Assembly: GCA_012295275.1 (NCBI GenBank)
Contig: CM022671.1
Location: 24,428,001 to 24,492,000, forward strand
Direction of reading: 5' to 3'
Length of the DNA stretch: 64,000 bases
From: Chrysomallon squamiferum
Lineage: Eukaryota > Animalia > Mollusca
Both the position numbers and the translations under genes were made by a program. Below are positions 14,705 to 29,108 of the stretch, in pieces (the stretch's first letter is position 1; the number at the start of each line of letters is the position of its first letter). The notes beneath the pieces are model-generated. The model saw only the letters and a list, made by a program, of their open reading frames with translations. It searched no databases and was not told the origin of the DNA.

Positions 14705-16307
14705 GTATCGTCGACGTCTGGAAAGAGAACGATATTACACCCAGGGGATCGAGCTGCCCAGAGAGAAACTGAGGGAAAGCATGACAACCACCCAGACTCC
14801 CGCCCCGACTACTCAGGGTGGGAAACTTGCCCAGGAGATCCACGACGAATTTCTCACGTGCAAAATCTGTCTGGAGGGATTCAAGTCGCCAAAATGTCTC
14901 GACTGTCTGCACACGTTCTGCGAACAGTGCATCGACAACCACGTCATGTCCGAGTGCACGTACAAGAAATACAGCGACTACCGAGAATTCACCTGCCCAC
15001 TTTGCCGGAAGCGTACCGCCCTGCCGATAGGTGGCGTGAAAAAACTGCCAGACAACTTCCTGGTTTCCAGTCTCGGAGAGCTCGTTGCTCGGCAACGCCC
15101 TTCCAAGTTCCCTTTCTGCGACATCTGTAAGCTGGTGAACCGAAAACACAGAGAAGCTTCGTCGAAATGTCTCGACTGCAACAAGCTGCTGTGCAAGCAG
15201 TGCGTGGACATGCACAAGGAGACGAAGGTGACAAAGAACCACAGCCTGTTCGACTGCGAGATCGAGAAGGACATTGAATGCAAAGAGCACAAAGAAGAGG
15301 TCGTCAGATTCTACTGCGAGCCGTGTGAATGCTGCATCTGCGTTCTCTGCACCTTCAACGAGCACAAGGACCACGAGATCACTCAGTTCTCGGACGCCGT
15401 CGTCAAGTACAAGGAATGCATTCAGACTCTGCTGGACAGCTGCAAGGACAGGATCAATATATACGACTCTCAACTGGGACTGCTAGGGAAGTGCGAAACC
15501 ACAATCAAAGCTTGCGAGCAGAACATCCGCGACGTGGCCATCCAGTTCATCAGCGAAATCCGCAACAGAGAGAAGCAGTTGATAGACAATCTGCACGAAA
15601 TCTATGGAACAGAACTAATGGAGTACGTTGCCAGAAGATCGGAGATGCAAGTCAACCTGGACAGTCTGAAAAGTACGTGCAATCTGACGGAACTAGTTCT
15701 CAAAGGAAAAGATATCGAACTGCTTCTTCTGAAAAAACAAGTTTCGGAAAAGTTGTCGCACCTTTCGGACATAGAGATAACAAATTTGCCAGCCAGTGTG
15801 TCAAAGACAATAACGTTCGTTCCTGGATCTTTAGATCTAGGATCTCTAGAGGACATGGACAACATTAAGATAGTAGAAGGCAAAACGGAACCTGAAATCA
15901 AAATCCGCTCAATAGAAACACAGACAGACGGTCTTTCTTTGTCCAGCAGATCAGTCCAAACGGAAAGAAAGCAGACGCCGGAGCCCGAAACATCTCAGGT
16001 AACTGTGAACATCGTCAACAACGACGACAAATCCATTGCGACCGATTCCATCGACACCAGTGAAAAGGCAGTGAACACGCGATCACGAAGTCTCCAGCTT
16101 CAGAGTCAGTCGTCCAAAGAAGAAACTCCAGAAACTGCAGTCCCAGAACCGACGTCGTCGCCAGTGCCCCGACGTCACCGTCGACGACGTGAGAGGATAA
16201 AGCCCGTTGAGGTATCAGTGCGTCCTACTACATACAGTCTCGTGGCTGCGGCCACTGCTCCTATTTTAACTTACAGCAGTAGCATCGATGATAGTTTCCC
16301 TAATTAA
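14705..16307 (+). CDS. Tripartite-motif (RBCC) E3 ubiquitin ligase, TRIM2/3/45/56-like N-terminus, main exon; no NHL, filamin or SPRY domain seen
   Basis: C3HC4 RING (CKIC..CLHTFCEQC..CPLC), B-box1 (CDIC..CLDC..LCKQC..H..H), B-box2 (CKEH..FYCEPC..ICVLC..HKDH), coiled coil, then a Ser/Thr/Pro-rich tail with PRRHRRRRER. GC-rich codons against an AT-rich background. The track's poly-N/D N-terminus is intronic microsatellite. Confidence 0.93.
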
Positions 16308-17174
16308 GAGTAAAGTTAAATTAAATAATGAATTGACAAAAAGTAAATTAATGCATTAAAAGAAATTATGTTTTAAATAATTAAATTTAAAATAAAAAAA
16401 TAAGAAAAAATAAATAAATAAGTAGTCTCATTTTAAAATTATGTAATCTAATGTTTGTCGTCAAATAAATTAAAATAGCCTGTCGTAGTTTCCGATGTAA
16501 GAATTGGAAACTTTAAATAAATATTTTCGTAACCCAAATTTCGCCTCCGGTAATGATAACAAGAAATCAAAATTAATAATAATGATTTATTTGTGTGATT
16601 GTGTGTATGTGTGTAGATATATATATATATATATATATTATAGAGAAAAAAAGTAAAAAGACAATAAAAGATTTGTTAAATTATCTTCTTTTACAAAAAC
16701 AAAATCATAAAAAAAAAGTAAAAATGAAAGAAAAGTGATAGATCTCATCAACTTGTAAAATTCTAAGATTTTATTGTGTATAAATATTATTAAAACTATA
16801 CCAAAGAATAAATCCAAAGAAAAATTAGTAACACTAACAATATTTCTTTTTAAAACGTTTTGCTCTTTTAAAACAAAATCTATCACCTCTTTCTTCTGTG
16901 CTAAAATATCTCTAGAAAAGTTCTTCTTGTGTCGTACTGTATACTTTATTTTCGTTTGTTTCTGTTTTTATTTATATTATACCGAAGTTTTTCAATATAG
17001 TAGAGTTATATAAATATATTATTCTAGTGAAGTAGGTGTGTACAGATATGGTTATAACAACATTTGTATATAATGTATTTATTATTTAAAATAGCTGTTA
17101 CTGTGGTAAGACTAGGTTGCATATTTAGGCGTATCTTTTACAGTGCCAATATAAAAACCAATAATAATAGTGGT

Positions 17175-17214
<40 letters not shown>

Positions 17215-17638
17215 AAATTATTTAATAACCGTGATTGCATTTATATTTTGCGATATTGATGTATTAGTTTAATAGGTGTGTTGACACCAAACTGACTTAT
17301 AGCTGTTATGTATTTATGTATATTTTAATTACCGAACTTTTAATAGCAGATACCAAAGGTAAATTCAGGTTTAATATTATGAGTGAATTACATTATAGTT
17401 TTAAAATATTAATAATGCAAAAAGAAAAGAAAAAAGGAAAAAAAGAAAAGGGAGTTAAACAGTTCTTGAAGTTGTATATTACTTTTATAAATACAAGTGT
17501 TTTCAGTATCCTTTATGGTTTAACATAGCTAGACATTTGTCATACGATTTAGAATTATCAAGAACCTGTTTCATTTGTGCGCATGACGGAAATAGTTTTA
17601 TTGATGATTTTGAACTGCATGTCTATATTAGTGAAAGT

Positions 17639-17675
<37 letters not shown>

Positions 17676-17969
17676 CCCGTAAAACCAACATTGAAGTTTT
17701 CTCTTATTTTGCAATACATAACCCTATTTTGCTAAGAATTAATTCTGTTTACACTAAAATGCTTTTATTGAAATTAACTTGGGCTGTTTTTTATTATTTG
17801 TTATTTATTTTAATGACTAAATCATTTTTTAAATTCAGTGTGAAGAAAAAAATGAGAGAACTACGTTATTTTACTGAATAATATTAAAGATGTTTTGCTG
17901 TGTTGTCGACTCATACGTGTTGTTATTGTAGTTTTGAAGGCTTTTATAATATTTGTTACAAATTCCACA

Positions 17970-18014
<45 letters not shown>

Positions 18015-21000
18015 GATCGTCGAAAATCAAAATAATTACTTATATATAATACAGATATGTATATATATATATATATATATATTTAGTCACCCAGATGGTA
18101 TAGTGTAATTTTAATTATAGATTTCTAATCTGAATTTAGGTGCATGCTGAAGTAATTAGTATCTTAGCAGTGATTACTATTCATTTCCACAGAAATATCA
18201 ACGACAGACTTCAGATATGATTATATCTGTAAGGAAACGCCAGTCTTCTGTTACTCAGTAAAATAATGAAGATTTTACTAAAGTTTTGCTTTGCATGGTG
18301 TGTGGAAGCTGGCGTCAAAGCTTTGCTTAATCATAAACATCAAGGCTTTTTCCTTTAACTTGCTTTATCTTTCGAAATACCCTTCATTGCTTTATCACTA
18401 CAGAAGACAAAGCAGTTGCTGCTGCTGCTGCTGGTGCTGCTGCCGTTTCACGTTTTCATGACGCGACATCTCTCTAAGCTTTCACATTGAAAACTTTGAC
18501 TTGAGTCAAGCATACCGTGAAGTAAATAGTTTAGATAATAAAAAGAAACTGGACTGGATCTAGTTTTTCAGCGCGCTGTTGTATTTCTGACTGCTGACTC
18601 GCAAGATGCCTGTTTAGTTTATCTACCAGCGCTTTGTTATTAATTTTGTTTTATTCCAACTGCAAATCTAGCTTGAAGAAGAACTGTTCTGCGATCGCTG
18701 ATGCTGCATTTTAGTGCATTCAGAATGAAATGTTTCCAAAAAGAAATTACATTCAAATTTTTAAGGGTATTTCGAAGTTTTGTTCATCGTTACGCAAGAC
18801 GAAGAAGAGGAAGATCGTAGATTTAACTTCAAAGGTCAGATACAAAAAAAAAAAAAATGACGTCATGCAATTAACCCACTCGTTACCAGGCAACCTACAA
18901 TTATCATAAAATAACAGAGCCAATGAAATCACTAAATTTAAAACCAATCATTTCGATCTGTTAAGAGACTGACTGCTATAGGTCTTTGATGGTCACTGTT
19001 GTACCTAATATTTGATTTACACTTCAAAACCAACCAACGCCAGTTCAACAACAAAAATAAAACGTCTGTACAAATTTTAACTTAATTGTGTCGACGCTTC
19101 TAAAACAGAAAATCACTGCAGGTTATTGTCATTGTTCCAGAAATAGAATTAAATGTCTCAAATACGTTTTTCTCTAAAATGTGTTCATAATTTAAACTTG
19201 ATATACACAGCTGCTGAAAGGCTAAACGTAATACAGTTCTCATATCTCTGATGATGTCACCATAAATAGAACAGTGATATCACGTTAATGCCAAACAATC
19301 ACTAACACATGTTCATTAAGAACGAATATCGTCAAACCGTTATCGTTTTACTAGGGTGCTCATTACTGGCAATAGAAATACGCTACGTAAATAACAAGCA
19401 ATCATACTGTTTTACTAACACATTCTGTAATTCATACAACTCTGTATTAACTGTTGCATTATTCTGTCTAACCTAAAATATACATTACAAAATACTGTAA
19501 TATTAATACAAGCTATATGTTGATATTTCCTTAATACATACTACTGTTAATGCATAAACAGTACCAATATGTTCTATTGACGTATAACAATATTATAGTA
19601 TTATAATTATATGTTTAGTTAGTTTGTCCTTAACTGTAATACTTCGTATTGCAAACTAACATTAAACATTAAATCACCTTTATATTTTCATTAACCATAA
19701 TAATGTACAACAACCAAATTGACCAATAAATTAGTGGACCAATTCTTTTTACTAACATAATCAACTAACACCTTAGAGTATTGCTGAAATTGTAAAATTA
19801 ATTTCTGATGTCTAGATTAAAAATTATTAATTTCTTTATTATGTATAATTATATTTAAACACGTACAATACTGGCATGATTGTCAACTGACCAAATCTCT
19901 CTTTCTTTTTCTTTTTATTTGTTTTTTTGTTTTCCTCTTCTTTGTTCTTCTTCCTTTTCCTTTTTGTTCGTCTAGAAGCTGCTCTACTTACTCCTAAGTA
20001 CTGAGTAACATCTACCTTGATCTCTTTGTCTTTAAAAGAGTTAAAAAGTGCCGTAAATTGTTGTCTCGAAAAAGTTAGCTTTTTCCCTTGCTACTGAAAA
20101 CGTTAGAATTATATATTTTTTTAAAAAACACGTATGTTCAAGAATTGTTAATTTGGGGTTTTTCAGAAATATAATTATATATTTTCCGTAACAATGTGTG
20201 TATTATTTGAATATTTCAAATATGTTAAAAAGAAAAAAAAGAAAAGAAAAAAAAAGATATGTTCATTTATTTAATATATATATATATGTATTTGTAGTTC
20301 GTACATACTTAAACAAGTGCACATACACAAATATATACACGTACATATATATATACACATACAAGCTTATAAACATACATGCATACATACATACATACAC
20401 ACATACATACACACATACATACACACATACTTGAAGGACAAGGAATAATAGTAACAGCATGAAGTCGTGATCTAGTACATATCGGTGTTGTGACAACTTC
20501 CTGTTCCCATTAAATCCGGTACTGGTGGCTAATGAAAATATGTGTAACAACTACTGTAAGACGTAACCGTAACCATGAAACGTAACAGCATGCATCTATG
20601 ACAATAGGAATTTAATACGACTAAATATATAACTTTAGTTTGTATGTAAATAAAACAAACTGCAAGAATGTCCGCCGCGATACTACTGTAAACAGATTAA
20701 TGAAACAGAAACATATCAAACATTAGAAATATTTCTTTTATTTTTTGTTTTATTTTTAGTTCAGTTCGTTTTTGTTTTTGTTTTAATTTAATTTAATTTT
20801 ATTATTTTATTAATATTATTATTATTTTTATCAAATTTTGTTGTGTTTTATATTATTTATTTTATTAGATACATGTTACTTGTTAGTCGTATTTATATTT
20901 ATCCGAAAATTTGGCAATCTGGAAATAATCTTATAAAATAAGTTTATTAGAATTATTATTTTGAAGGATAACTAAAGAAAGTTATAGAAATTATTATAAA

Positions 21001-22578
21001 TATATATATAAATTAAATCCATTTTACAGTAACAGATTTTGAGGCGACACTTATGGCAAAAAATGTTTTTTTGTTTTTTGTTTTTTTTAGGGTCTTTTTT
21101 TTTTTGTTTGTTTGTTTTGTTTTTTTGGCCGTGGTTCATAAAGTCAGTTGAATTTACCTAAAACAACAACAATAAAAACAAAATAAAAAATAAAAATAAA
21201 TAAATCAATAAATCAATTTTTTTTTTAAAAAGTAGACTATCTTCATCAATACATTTCTTTTACATACGTGCGATTTTTCTTTCCTTTTCGCAGCATTTTT
21301 AATAGCCCAAATCTTTGAACAAACAGTGAAATCAAATTACTGCGTGTATTTTTAGGGCAAGTGCCCATTATCGTAGGATGTAAGTAGAGCAACTTTTAGC
21401 AGTTTCCATGCCATTTCCAGGATAGCGATGAACATGAAAGTGAGACCCATACTCCCCAATCTGCCTGTACATAGCCTCGCCAGTGCTCGAGATTCGAGCG
21501 AGCGCTCGGGCGCCATTTTCCATTTCGGCATGTAAGTAGAACGAGGCATTTCTCTGCTTACGTAGGATTAATTTTTATTTTTGTTGTTTTTTTTGTTAAT
21601 AAAAAAATAAAAAAATAATAATTTAATAATGTAAAAATAATAATTAATGTTTTTTTTTTTTTTTTTTTTTTTTTTTGTCCAGTATTTGCTTTCCTTATTA
21701 ATGAAATATTCTATTAAAAAATAGAATTTAATTTTTTTTTTTCTATTTTTCTGATCTTACTCAGTTTATTAAAAAAAAAAAAAAAAAACCTGTTTTTTTT
21801 TTTTTTTTTTTTAATTTAATTTGATTTTTTTTTTTTTTTTAAAATTAATTTTCTATATTTTTTTTTTTTTTATTTTTTTTTTATTATTTTTTTTTTTAAA
21901 TTTAATTTGATTTTGTTTTATTATTATTTTTTTATTATTAATTTTATTTATTTATTTATTTATTATTTATTTTTTGTTATTAATTCTATTTAATTTTTTT
22001 TTTTGTTTTCTTTCTTTGTCATAACACTATCATTTTATTTTATCTTTTAAAAACCCACATTATCTTCTCATTTTTCTTTATTTTTCTATTTCCCCCAAGT
22101 TTCGAATTCTTTTAGATTAATTTTTCAAACAATTTTCAAACTGTCCTTGTTTTCTCTTTTCACATCTGAATTATATCTCTCTTTTTTTTTTTTTTTTTTT
22201 TTCTTCTTCATCAAATAATATTAAACTTAAATACATTCAAGTTGTAAAATTATAGCATTCACTATAAATTAACGACGTACAAAAACAAAAATATAATAAT
22301 TTATTTTAAATATTAGTATTTCTTCCCATTAAATAATTTACTACTCAGAATAATGTTCTTGTGAGCTACATAATTAATAACTGTAATATGTTTGCGTTTG
22401 GAGTGAGCTTAATATTTTTATTTTATTTTATTTTATTTTATCTTCTTATTGCGCTTCGTTACCTTATAACATTTTAAGCTCACAAATTAGATACCTTGTT
22501 TTATGTTTAACAGAAATCAGTTTATCATGATATGCTAATAATTTATTTTGATTACAATAAAAAAAAAATTTTTATTAA

Positions 22579-22627
<49 letters not shown>

Positions 22628-25604
22628 TTAAAATGCTTATTTTATGTAATAAAATCTGAAATAGATTTTAATAATTAAATTGATAACTGATCGATCCAGT
22701 ACAGAGCAAATGATTCCATTGTGCAAAATACGGATAGTAACATTTATTTTTTTTTATTTTTTTTTTTTTTGTTTAGATTAATGCAATTTTATTAAAATAA
22801 CTCTAATTTTGTTTCAAACAGAAAACAACAATAAAAATAAAATTATTAATATTAAAAATATAAAAATAATACAGTGGATAATAAAAAAAAAAAAAAAAAA
22901 AAAAAGTTTTTGAGATTCACAAAGTGTTTTAATCCACTATCAGTATTCAGTGCTATATTTTTTAATTAGTTTTTCTATTTACATTATTGTCAAAAGACCG
23001 GATTTTGCAAAAATGGAAAAAAAAAGGGGAGGAGGGGTACACTTTCTGATCATAAATATCTTGAAATTGTGATTGCAAAAATTTCATTTGCTGTCTTTCT
23101 GGAACCGCTGTTTGTTTAAAAATTAATAAGTGGCATTAAAAAAATTAATAATAAAAAAAAAGTGTATGTATATTAAAACTAAGATAAGCTGATTTTAAAA
23201 CCTTCTTTTTGATATCAGTGTTTTTTAGTCGTGTCAGTATTAATTTTACTGGTGAATTTGGCATCGGACGCAGTTAACATACGTTCCTCGACTGAACAAA
23301 ACAACACATAGTTAATACTTTTTCATAGTTTCTGAAATAGTTTTCAAAAATGAAAAAAAAATAAAACTTAATAAAAATAAATATTAATAACCACTAACTC
23401 CATCTGATCGGTTTCATTTCATTTTTAGAGTTATGACTGGGTCCGATAATTCTTAAATGGAAAGGGCAGACAACTCGTGCATCAAGACTTTCCTGGAAAT
23501 TGCAGAATCTGAATGGAATTGCTGAACTGCTGTCCTGTTAATTTTTGTTTTGAATTTTAAAATACAAGAACTTTTTGTTCCAAGCACTGAAAAAATTGCT
23601 TTCCAACTTTTCACATCTGTATATATTTTTAAGTCATTTTTTTGAAAGACATTTTGTGACAAATTTGACGTTTAACATGCATTTATTTGTAGCCAAAGCT
23701 ACGATGCAACTCAAACCGTACTAAAAAAATATATATATATATATAAAAAATATGTTTGTGTTAATAATTTTCAAACTTTTTGTTGATGGAGACAGAATTC
23801 CCATTCGGAAGAAAACATTACGGTTGTGTGTAAATATTTTTAATTGTATTATTATTAATATCTTTAAAAGTAGATAACTGTTCACCGACTCAATATTTTT
23901 AAAAAGAGTATATATATGTTTAATTTTTCTCGTATCATAGTTTTGTCATCTCATACTATGTCAGATAATTCGTGCCATCTTTCCTTCACTTGAAGACATT
24001 ATTTTGTTGTTTTTCTCATCTTAAAAAAAAAAAATTAAAAAAATTAAAAATGATATGTCAATTTTCCTGTACCTATTGACCTTTTCACGTTTGATCTATC
24101 CATCTTCAGAAACAGATATTTTTATTCATTTTCTAGATGAATGGATACCAAGTTTGTAAAATTCTTTCTGTAGTGAATTTTCGTTTTTCCCTTTTTTTGC
24201 AAATATTTCTTTGTATATGAACTGTTATCATTATGTTCCTTATATGTCATATATCAATCCATATTTTTGCCTATCAGTTCTTGTTTTATCTCTAGAATAC
24301 CTTTCTGTTTTATGTTTTTCTTCCTTTGTATTATTTTTTGCTTGATTATGTTTATATTATATAGCTAGTCATGAGAACACTACATTAATCTGTGTAATGC
24401 AGAAATTAAGTTATTAAACGGGCAAACAAGTGCAATCACGATGTAATTCAGTTATTCATTTATAATAATAATAATAATACAGACATAATCTCTAATACGT
24501 TTCTTTGTTCTCTGTGTATAGATAGTTAAACATTAGCAAATATCAAACAGCACTGCTTTATAGTAAGCCTTTCTAGCGAAGCACTCAATGCTTGTGCTTG
24601 AAACACTATCTGATGTGTGCATGATAAAATATATTTTTCAAAAAAAATATGCCCATATCTTCACGCAGTGATCAAAAATACAGTTATCATGAATGTTTTA
24701 ATGCTATGATTTGTAATACAAACTGAAAGCTTTATGTTTAATTAAATTCTAACTTCAAGAACCCGCAAATAAAATACAATTTAAAATACAGTATAGATGC
24801 AATAAAATATTCCTTACAGACATTAAGAGAAATACTCGGATTAATTTCTCCTACTGGATTTGTTTTTTAAGTTATAAACCAAAAAAATAAAAATAGTTAA
24901 GCTGATATTTCTTTATAAACGGAATATTTTAACTGCGTATTCTTTGATATATGCAGCTGTGACCATCAAAGTCTCTCAAGATGATATAAATGTTCCCAAT
25001 GAGTGAAAATGCATTCAATATTAATCACATATGTTATGTTCTTTTTTTTTTAAATTCTTTTTGTTCACGATATTCACTTTTCAGAAATCTAAGATTACGT
25101 TCGCGGGATATGACTGTGTTTTGGATCTTAGTATCATGTTCATATAATAAAAATGCTGAGACGAATAACAAATAAGCGCTAAAGCACTGGCAAGTGGTGG
25201 CTTAGTTTTAAAAAAAGGACAAGATTTACTGAAGATAAAAAATTATTTCTTCTTTTTTTTTCTGTAAAGATATTAATCTGTGGAAGCTGCAGAAGGGATG
25301 AAAGAAAATTAAAGAATCTGAATCATTTAGAAAACAACATTTATTTTATTTTATTTTATTTGGATTTGAATTTGAATTTGAATTTGAATTTGAATTAATT
25401 TTTATTTTTAATTTTAATTTTTATTTAATTTAATTTTATTTTACTTTATTTATATTTTTAATTTTAAATATAATTTTTATTTTTATTTATTTTTTTTTTA
25501 CTTTTACTTTTACTTTTATTTATTTATTTCTTTATTTATATTTTTTATTTTAATTATAATTTTTTTTTTTTTTTTTTTTTTTAATTTTTATTTTACTTTT
25601 ACTT

Positions 25605-25635
<31 letters not shown>

Positions 25636-26830
25636 TATTGTAAACGAGTTAATATATAATTTTCCATAAATATAGTCAAGATAAAACTAATACTTTCTCT
25701 CAACATTTGATAACGACAAATCAATTTTTGAATTTTTTTTAAATATTCTCTCTTTTGAAGTTATCAAAAGACTGAGACACAGATGCAAAGATACAGACAG
25801 ACAGATACACAGAGAGAATGACCTCATTTGATTTTCTAATGTACAAAGTTAAAACAGAGGATAATTTTCCATTTCTTAAAAATAGTCTTTTATTAATTGA
25901 ATTTTATTACATACTCATGATAATAAGCCTATAAGATAATTTAAAAAAATAAAATAAATAATAGAAAATAAAATAAAAATACCCCACCATTGATATTATT
26001 AAAATAATGTAATTTATGATTATGCGCAGTAACAATAAAAATAAAAGTAGAAAGCTGTAAATATATTCATGTTGAATATTTAATATAATTAATGAAAATT
26101 ATATTCATTATTAAGATTGTTCAGTTTAAGAAGAATTTTTAAAGATTCTAATTAAGATAAAAATTTTTTTTTTAGACATGCTTAACTAGTTTTATTATTG
26201 ATTTTTAAACATTTCTCTATATAGAATATTCTAGAGAAAATTCAAAGTTAGATACTTTTATTTAGCATTAATATAATTTCAGATTTTATTTTTATTATTA
26301 TAAGAAAGTGATATATGAATGTTATCTTGTTTTGTTTTTTAAACTACTAAAATAATCTCACTGTTATTACTTACCACAAGAATAGAGACAATGTAAAAAG
26401 TAATATATTGATCCAACAAATATATATATTTTTTTTTGTTTTTACTCATTAACAACTTCCTCGCTTCTCATACATTTTTTTTATATTATACAAACTTACA
26501 GAATAGCGTAAATCAAGAAACTATTCTGTAATAAAACAATCAGTGAAGCTAAATTAAAACATCAGTGAAGCATATTTTTGTTTCCTGAATCAAATTATTC
26601 AATTTCCTTTCCTAATGAAGAAGGAAAAAGAAGGGGAAAAAAAAGAAAAAAAACCAGAAGAAAAAGCATGAAACCGGAAAGCAGACCATAATATCATCTT
26701 CAACAAGAAATACCTAAAAGCACTAACGTAGTGACTATACACATATATAGAACATACATTTTAGTAACATACATAATTTAATAATATACACGTATATATA
26801 TATATATATAAGAGATTGTTTGTTCTAGAT

Positions 26831-27146
26831 CAGTCATGGGCAAACTGCGGCTCGCGCGCCTTCTCTCAGTTGCCCGCCTAATTTCATAAGGAAAATACGT
26901 TAATTCAAATTTTATAAAATGAGTCTATTTTGTATCTACTAACGTACTAAAACACATGTTTTTTTTTTTTTTTAATTATAACAGTTCCTGAAGTAAATGC
27001 AAATGAAAAATTTCTTAAAATAAACTTTACGTATTGACGTGTATGGGCCTCCGCAGCCGGAATAGCTAATCGTTGATACAGAGTTATCTACCTCGCCTAA
27101 ATTAGTCTCGTGTGGCCCGCTTCTCGAGAAAGGTTGCCCATGCCTG
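26831..27146. mobile_element. Non-autonomous hAT (Charlie-like) MITE, 316 bp
   Basis: Terminal inverted repeats CAGTCATGGGCAAAC / reverse complement CAGGCATGGGCAACC. 8-bp TSD TTCTAGAT (26823-26830) / TTCTAGTT (27147-27154), matching the NTCTAGAN target consensus of Charlie-type hATs. GGCCCG-like subterminal motifs. Confidence 0.88.
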
Positions 27147-27148
27147 TT

Positions 27149-29071
27149 CTAGTTAGTGACGTCAACTTCAATGGATGTTGATTGGTACGCGTGTGATGCA
27201 ATACAACCCACGCTGACCACTTGTTCACTGTGACGTGTTTTGTCCACAACCAGAGTGACAGATCTCAAGCTGTCCACTAGTTTAGTTGTTATATCTGTAG
27301 TGTCAGAGTTTGTGAAAATGTCTGTCACGTTAGAATTCTTATACAGGACGATATCAACCAGCGGATAGCCTGACGCGATGCATTTGAAAATCAGTTTCTG
27401 AAATAAAGAATATTAATTGATTGACATTAAAATCAGGTTTTGTCTTTGTGTGTGTGTCTGTTTATATATCTGTATGTTTATATATGATACATATATGTAT
27501 ATATGTATATATGTTTATATGTATATGTGTGCTTGTGTGTTTGTGTATGTGTTTATGTATGATAAAACAAAAGACAAATAAAGACATCGATAAAAATGAC
27601 TTTGAAGCTATAAAGTGTAATAATAATGATAATGATGATGATGATAATAATAAAATGGAATAAATTTGTATTTGATGAAGTTTTAGCAACAATACACAAA
27701 AACGATCTATCAGATTAAGAAGAAGAGGAAGATGAAAACTGAACAACGACAAGAAGAAGAAGAGAATCGTGGAATAAGACGAATAAATACAATAACCCAA
27801 ACATTAAAGATTAAAACCTGAATCCAGTCTAGAATGAAACACAACATAAACTTTCAAAAAAAAATTAAAACCCATTAAATCAAATAATCGGATAAAATAA
27901 TTTAAAAAACAATCCATGAAATTATTTTTTGTCTTACGTACCTGTTCATTCTGTATAACCGTGCCAGATCCATTCATAATCCTTGCTTGTTTAAAGAAAG
28001 GAACGTGCACGTCCTGGGTGACAGCAGACTTGTACTGAGATCTGCCACTACACGTGTAAATTCCTGCGTTCTTCTCTCTGAAGTTTTCAATTGTAAACAC
28101 AGCCTCGTGAACTCCTCCCCACAAGTTCAGTTGATGACTCTGAACGGAGACTGTCTCAGGAGGATCAGCTTTTCTTGTTATATAAATATCTCCTAGAAAA
28201 TTTCCAAAAGCTTTGCACTTGATGGAACACGCCTTCCCTTCCTGGCAGGGCTGTGTTTTGTAGTCTTTGTGGTCAACGAAAGAGGCTATGTTATTAGGAT
28301 AAGGTCTCTTTCTGTTTGTCTGGTAAAATATGATGCTTTGTGATTCGGTGAGGATCACTTGTGGTTCTGATTCGTTAGTTAAACGAACAACAGCTTCAAC
28401 AGTCAGCAAACCTTCCATCCTGTATTTTCCAGTGTCCAGTTTAAAAACGGCTTTGTGCAAATCTTCTGATGCCTCTTCCTCTACAACAAAAGGGTTCGTG
28501 TCTTCTGTACTCCAGACTCGGAATTCCTTGGCTGTAGATGCGTACCTCTTTCCCATAACCACGAAAACGCCACTGGGTGTCACCTGCTGTTCAGTATCGC
28601 TGTATGATTTCGGTATTTCGGCGGTGAATTCTATAATAGTTCCTGGGATAAATTCTCTTCGCCGACTCTGTCCAAGATTAATACCAATAGGCTTAAGATT
28701 CATTTCTGTATGACTGGTCGCATTTTGTACACTATCCAAACGAACGGTATATTTCAGTGGACCTAAAATTATGTTCACCTGGACTGATTTTTCTACTGAA
28801 ACTAGTACAGAAGTTCCTGTGAAATTTCTAAAGTCACTGACAATATCATTTCTGTGATCATCTGCAAAAAGAGTAAAATAAATATTCTCAATATTACACA
28901 TGCCAACTGAAATCTAGAGCAACAATCCTGGTGTAACAAATACAGCGTATTTTCTACAAGTTTCTTGTAAAATTATTCATATTTGTCCTAAGAGGTACCA
29001 CTTCGTTTTCCTGACTCAGTATTATACCAAAATAATGTGAAGAGGTGAAACTTTTCTGATTTACTAACAGA

Positions 29072-29108
<37 letters not shown>

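Noticed and set aside
14685-15901. Overlapping antisense and alternate-frame ORFs (262, 179, 104, 99 aa)
   Set aside because: Shadows of the GC-rich TRIM exon, with no recognisable motifs.
27804-27941. Hydrophobic C-terminus of the 365-aa ORF as a membrane anchor
   Set aside because: It lies beyond the CAG|GTACGT donor at 27942, and splicing to 27397 completes a proper Ig domain.
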